Positions 46,101 to 48,295 of a DNA stretch of 48,295 nucleotides are shown one piece after another. The stretch lies in contig JBMYOQ010000023.1 in assembly GCA_049599475.1 (NCBI GenBank), positions 1 to 48,295 on the forward strand, read 5' to 3'. Below the pieces are notes generated by a model. It saw nothing but the letters and a program-made list of their open reading frames with translations. It was not told where the DNA came from and did no database searches. The translations under genes were made by a program, and so were the position numbers. Position 1 is the stretch's first letter. Each line of letters begins with the position of its first letter. This stretch comes from Opitutales bacterium. Lineage in GTDB: Bacteria; Verrucomicrobiota; Verrucomicrobiia; Opitutales; JABSRG01.

Positions 46101-48295
46101 CTGGTATTACACTTGGAAATACGGGAAACACTTTCGGCTCGATCGGAGCGCAATCGCGCGATGATGCAGATGCGGTCAATGCTGCGGGGGCTATCTCAAT
46201 CACCGCGACAGGTTCATTCGACGTATCTGGGATCACTACGACCGGCAACGTAGCCCTAAATGCTGATGGCGCAGTTAGCCAGTCTGGAGGCATCTCTGGA
46301 GCAGGTTTAGAGCTTCTCGGTGCCTCGGCCGCCTATACCCTGACCAACACGGGCAATTCCATTACAACCCTTGCAGTCGATAGTGCTTCTCTATCGTTTA
46401 CTGACAACTCTGGATTTGCAATCGGCTCAGTAAACGCGACCAATGGCATTACGACCACAGGAACCGCGACATTGTCCTCGACAGGCAGTGTTACTCAGTC
46501 TCAGGCCATTTCCGCGAGCACTCTTACGCTAAACGGGAGTGGGGGTACTTATACTTTAGAAAATGCAGCAAACGATATCGATACCCTTACTGGGTCTACC
46601 GGCACGATAGCGTATTCGGATTCGAATGACATCGCTATAGATACGCTCGGGGCTAGTGGGACCTTGGACATTCAAGCTCAAAGTGTTATATCGAATACGG
46701 GGGCGATTACTGTGACAGGAGCGGCGACTTTTGAAACACTTGATGATGCCGGTTCTGCAATCACGCTCACAAATAGTGGCAATTCCTTTGGGTCTGTGTC
46801 TGCTCGGGTGCGCAACGCCGGAGATACGTCCAGTTCTTCGGCCAATGTTTCGATCACGGCCACGGGTGCTACGGATATTGCTGGGATCGAAACGCTTGGG
46901 GATGTCTCTTTAGTTGCGGATTCAACGGTCACTCAATCGGGAGCCATCGCGGCTTCTAGCTTGAATTTAGCGGGAAGTGACGGAGCGTATGTTCTTACGG
47001 ATACTGGAAATGATATCGATACACTTCTTGGAGCCACAGGCTCCATCGAGCTTTTTGACACCGGTGGATTTGCGGTTGGCGCGACGACTACGACGGGTTC
47101 CTTCGATATTACTTCAACGGGAGATATTACAAATACGGGAACGATTTCAGTAGCAGGCGAAGCGGCTTTCAAGACACTAAGCGATGCATCAGTGAGTATC
47201 ACCCTGGATAATACAGATAATGCTTTCGGCAGCCTCATTGCGTTGAGTAGGGATGCCTCGGATTTATCCCTGGCCAGTGGTGATATTGTCATCACGCAGA
47301 CGGGAGGTGTCGATATTGCAAGCCTTGGAACTTTAGGCAATATTACGCTGGATTTTGACAGCACAGTCACGCAGACGGGAGCCATACAGGGAGACGAACT
47401 TACCCTGATGGGCAGTGGCACCTACACGCTCGAAAATGAGTTTAACAGTATAAATACTCTTGGAGATGTCAGCCGAGGTGGAGCATTTAGTCTGTATGAT
47501 CGTAACGGAGGCCTCAATATCTCAGGCGTGTTCAGTGGCACTCTGACCAACGACATCACGATACGAACAGTCGGAGACCTAACGTTGGACTCTGGTGCAT
47601 CGATCATTACTTCAGGTAGTGGAAATGATATTACGCTGGAAGCGAACGGCGGAAGTTTTATCAACAATGCCGGTGAAAGTGTGCTGACAACAGATTCGAG
47701 ATTCCTAATTTACTCCCAGAATAATGATTCTCCCCATGGCAAAGGTGGCCTCGCTGGGGAAGAGGTTTTTGGCGTGAACTACGGGGAAGATCCGCAAGGG
47801 GAGGGCAGTGTGTTCTACTATGAGGAGGCTGCTGCGGTTGTAGAAGAGCCAGTAAGTGAGGAACCAGTAAGTGAAGAACCGGTTGCAGATGAGCCAGTGA
47901 GTGAAGAACCGTTTTTGGAAAGTCCTGCTGTGGATGATGTTGTCACGCCTGAGACTCCGACTACTCCTGAGCCAGAGACGTCGACTGAGGAGGGGACGGA
48001 GGCCATGCTACCGATTGAGGAAGATCAGACTGTGATGGTTGATCTTACTCCTGAATTAACGCGACGTGCGTATGAACAAGACGTCGAGGTCTCTCAAGTA
48101 CTCCCAATACAAGCGCCCCTGGACTCGGATGGCTCGCAGGAGCGACCCGAGACTGCTCTTGTTGGGGGTGATGTCTTTTCTATTCAAGAGGATAGATTCG
48201 AAATCGGAGTGCTAATTCCTCCCAGCGCGGAAGATTATTACCGAAAGTCTTTAGATATTGAAGTTCTGTATCTCCAATCAGGTCTAGAGGCCGAT
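43139..48295 (+). CDS. Filamentous haemagglutinin / TpsA-like adhesin (3'-truncated by the window edge, >1719 aa)
   Basis: ATG at 43139 follows an in-frame TGA. Signal peptide ending IAFA, then NPSGAQVVYG..LILDWQSFSIDAGE..FAQP..VLNRV..GSLEANGTVYLINPNGIVFG (TPS/haemagglutination-activity domain), later GGFIETS and WLIDP. The segments I translated, including the last 18 codons, are open in this frame; its absence from the ORF track fits a missing stop. Confidence 0.9.
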   Translation, partial: MGPIDSIRKSSKCAACAWMVFALVFSTGRPIAFANPSGAQVVYGSAAINASGSSLDIVQESEQLILDWQSFSIDAGETTRFAQPSVNASVLNRVVSGNLSEINGSLEANGTVYLINPNGIVFGAGARIDAATFTASTLDVLNEDFLDGGPLTFGPTGIDGAEIVNYGRLEALTGDITLIAEVVRNHGEVYTANGTVSLAAGREVIVQPEQSRSVFISVPSENAFLENTGTLEAAQAEILAAHSNPYALAIQQTGVVRATGTENIDGEIWLVAEAGTAELEGLLEATNSDGSGGEILLTGSRVALQNGGTVLAEGESAHGGRVRIGGSRGGADEAIFHAERTFISEDAVISVDGSGVGNQAGTIIAWGNETLRSYGDLSARGYAGADGGFIETSASWFDLGDSVADVGSESGIGGEWLIDPYNIIINDNGVDDFGDTDSPFDDPTGDDAELDVDTIVAALAAGNGVTVTIETNGAGSQDGDITIAANMDYNGIGTGDTLWLKAHDSIFHNTTVEITDSSGGDDTLNLVYHTDSDDDGFGNVEFGANSVIETNGGEVIISGGNHTTLDDLRTLGFARRSAGNSQAVFIQNTDISTLDGDITIRGQGNGAISINMLGGGTIETTTGNITIFGDEQGPDDHGFELGNGTFIRSDGGDVSITGYGNSNNTGGVKNANGLNIRGQILLSGDSNLSITGIASQEVNDDSNYGVHIFNSAAIEVENGNMTITGTGGQGADGYGVRIAVDASIRSVGSGDIAITGTSGQSEGILTELDTAQSIGDASMTGDITLTASTTSGADAIVLDSDLTLETSGNIILQPGTAATTIGLGDASTGVFNLSSAELALIADGASSITIGSTTGTGAMDVESSTFTDNLTLRSLSGDIDIDGALSVGANDIVIETGGSVTQSAAITASTLTLDGSGGTFTLNDAGNDIDALVGSTGSIALTEQDGLALGAITVASVLDIVSTGSITQTDALSVAGSASFKTLSDSGAGITLGNTGNTFGSIGAQSRDDADAVNAAGAISITATGSFDVSGITTTGNVALNADGAVSQSGGISGAGLELLGASAAYTLTNTGNSITTLAVDSASLSFTDNSGFAIGSVNATNGITTTGTATLSSTGSVTQSQAISASTLTLNGSGGTYTLENAANDIDTLTGSTGTIAYSDSNDIAIDTLGASGTLDIQAQSVISNTGAITVTGAATFETLDDAGSAITLTNSGNSFGSVSARVRNAGDTSSSSANVSITATGATDIAGIETLGDVSLVADSTVTQSGAIAASSLNLAGSDGAYVLTDTGNDIDTLLGATGSIELFDTGGFAVGATTTTGSFDITSTGDITNTGTISVAGEAAFKTLSDASVSITLDNTDNAFGSLIALSRDASDLSLASGDIVITQTGGVDIASLGTLGNITLDFDSTVTQTGAIQGDELTLMGSGTYTLENEFNSINTLGDVSRGGAFSLYDRNGGLNISGVFSGTLTNDITIRTVGDLTLDSGASIITSGSGNDITLEANGGSFINNAGESVLTTDSRFLIYSQNNDSPHGKGGLAGEEVFGVNYGEDPQGEGSVFYYEEAAAVVEEPVSEEPVSEEPVADEPVSEEPFLESPAVDDVVTPETPTTPEPETSTEEGTEAMLPIEEDQTVMVDLTPELTRRAYEQDVEVSQVLPIQAPLDSDGSQERPETALVGGDVFSIQEDRFEIGVLIPPSAEDYYRKSLDIEVLYLQSGLEAD
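45836..47462 (+). repeat. Intragenic degenerate protein repeats (146-aa period) in the TpsA-like ORF
   Basis: V[TS]Q[ST]xxI..L.L.G...[YF].L....N.I..L units start at 45836, 46274, 46490, 46928 and 47366 (spacings 438, 216, 438, 438 nt), alternating with A.F.TL.D....ITL.N..N.FGS units. Confidence 0.8.
47843..47917 (+). repeat. 15-bp tandem repeat encoding EEPVS-type acidic linker
   Basis: Translates as EEPVS EEPVS EEPVA DEPVS EEPFL. Confidence 0.85.

Noticed and set aside
43081..48006. Minus-strand ORFs (e.g. 45451..46293, 46933..47421)
   Set aside because: They are antisense shadows of the repetitive plus-strand TpsA-like gene. The same applies to short ORFs nested in the other long genes.

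Overview
This 48.3-kb bacterial window is almost entirely genes for secreted or surface proteins. PEP-CTERM proteins, a Verru_Chthon/PilX-GspK-like protein, a recurrent DxDxDG...Y...S.DL..W...F.R C-terminal domain and SD-less leaders suggest a marine Verrucomicrobiota host (probably Opitutae); this is inferred. It encodes a modular lambda-carrageenase (GH150/CglA-like), two Cys-type S1 sulfatases, two paralogous pairs of heparinase II/III-like or lyase-fold proteins, two alpha/beta-hydrolases, an SGNH hydrolase, an S8 protease, a DUF4437 cupin, a lipoprotein, a vWA protein and a DUF2071 pseudogene. A filamentous-haemagglutinin/TpsA-like ORF of over 1719 aa runs off the right end and is missing from the ORF track. 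I found no SusC/D, transporter, regulator, tRNA/rRNA, CRISPR array or transposase. Intergenic DNA holds many GTAG-type REP/REPIN elements. The best leads are: (i) a ~210-aa domain shared by a lyase-like enzyme and a PEP-CTERM surface protein; (ii) a C-terminal tag on four unrelated enzymes; (iii) a recurrent TGCGY-N13/14-TAAnT promoter-like motif; (iv) an 11-bp inverted repeat bracketing a divergent promoter; (v) coupled Cys-rich uORFs; (vi) a candidate sRNA. All family calls come from recognising motifs by eye, not from database searches.
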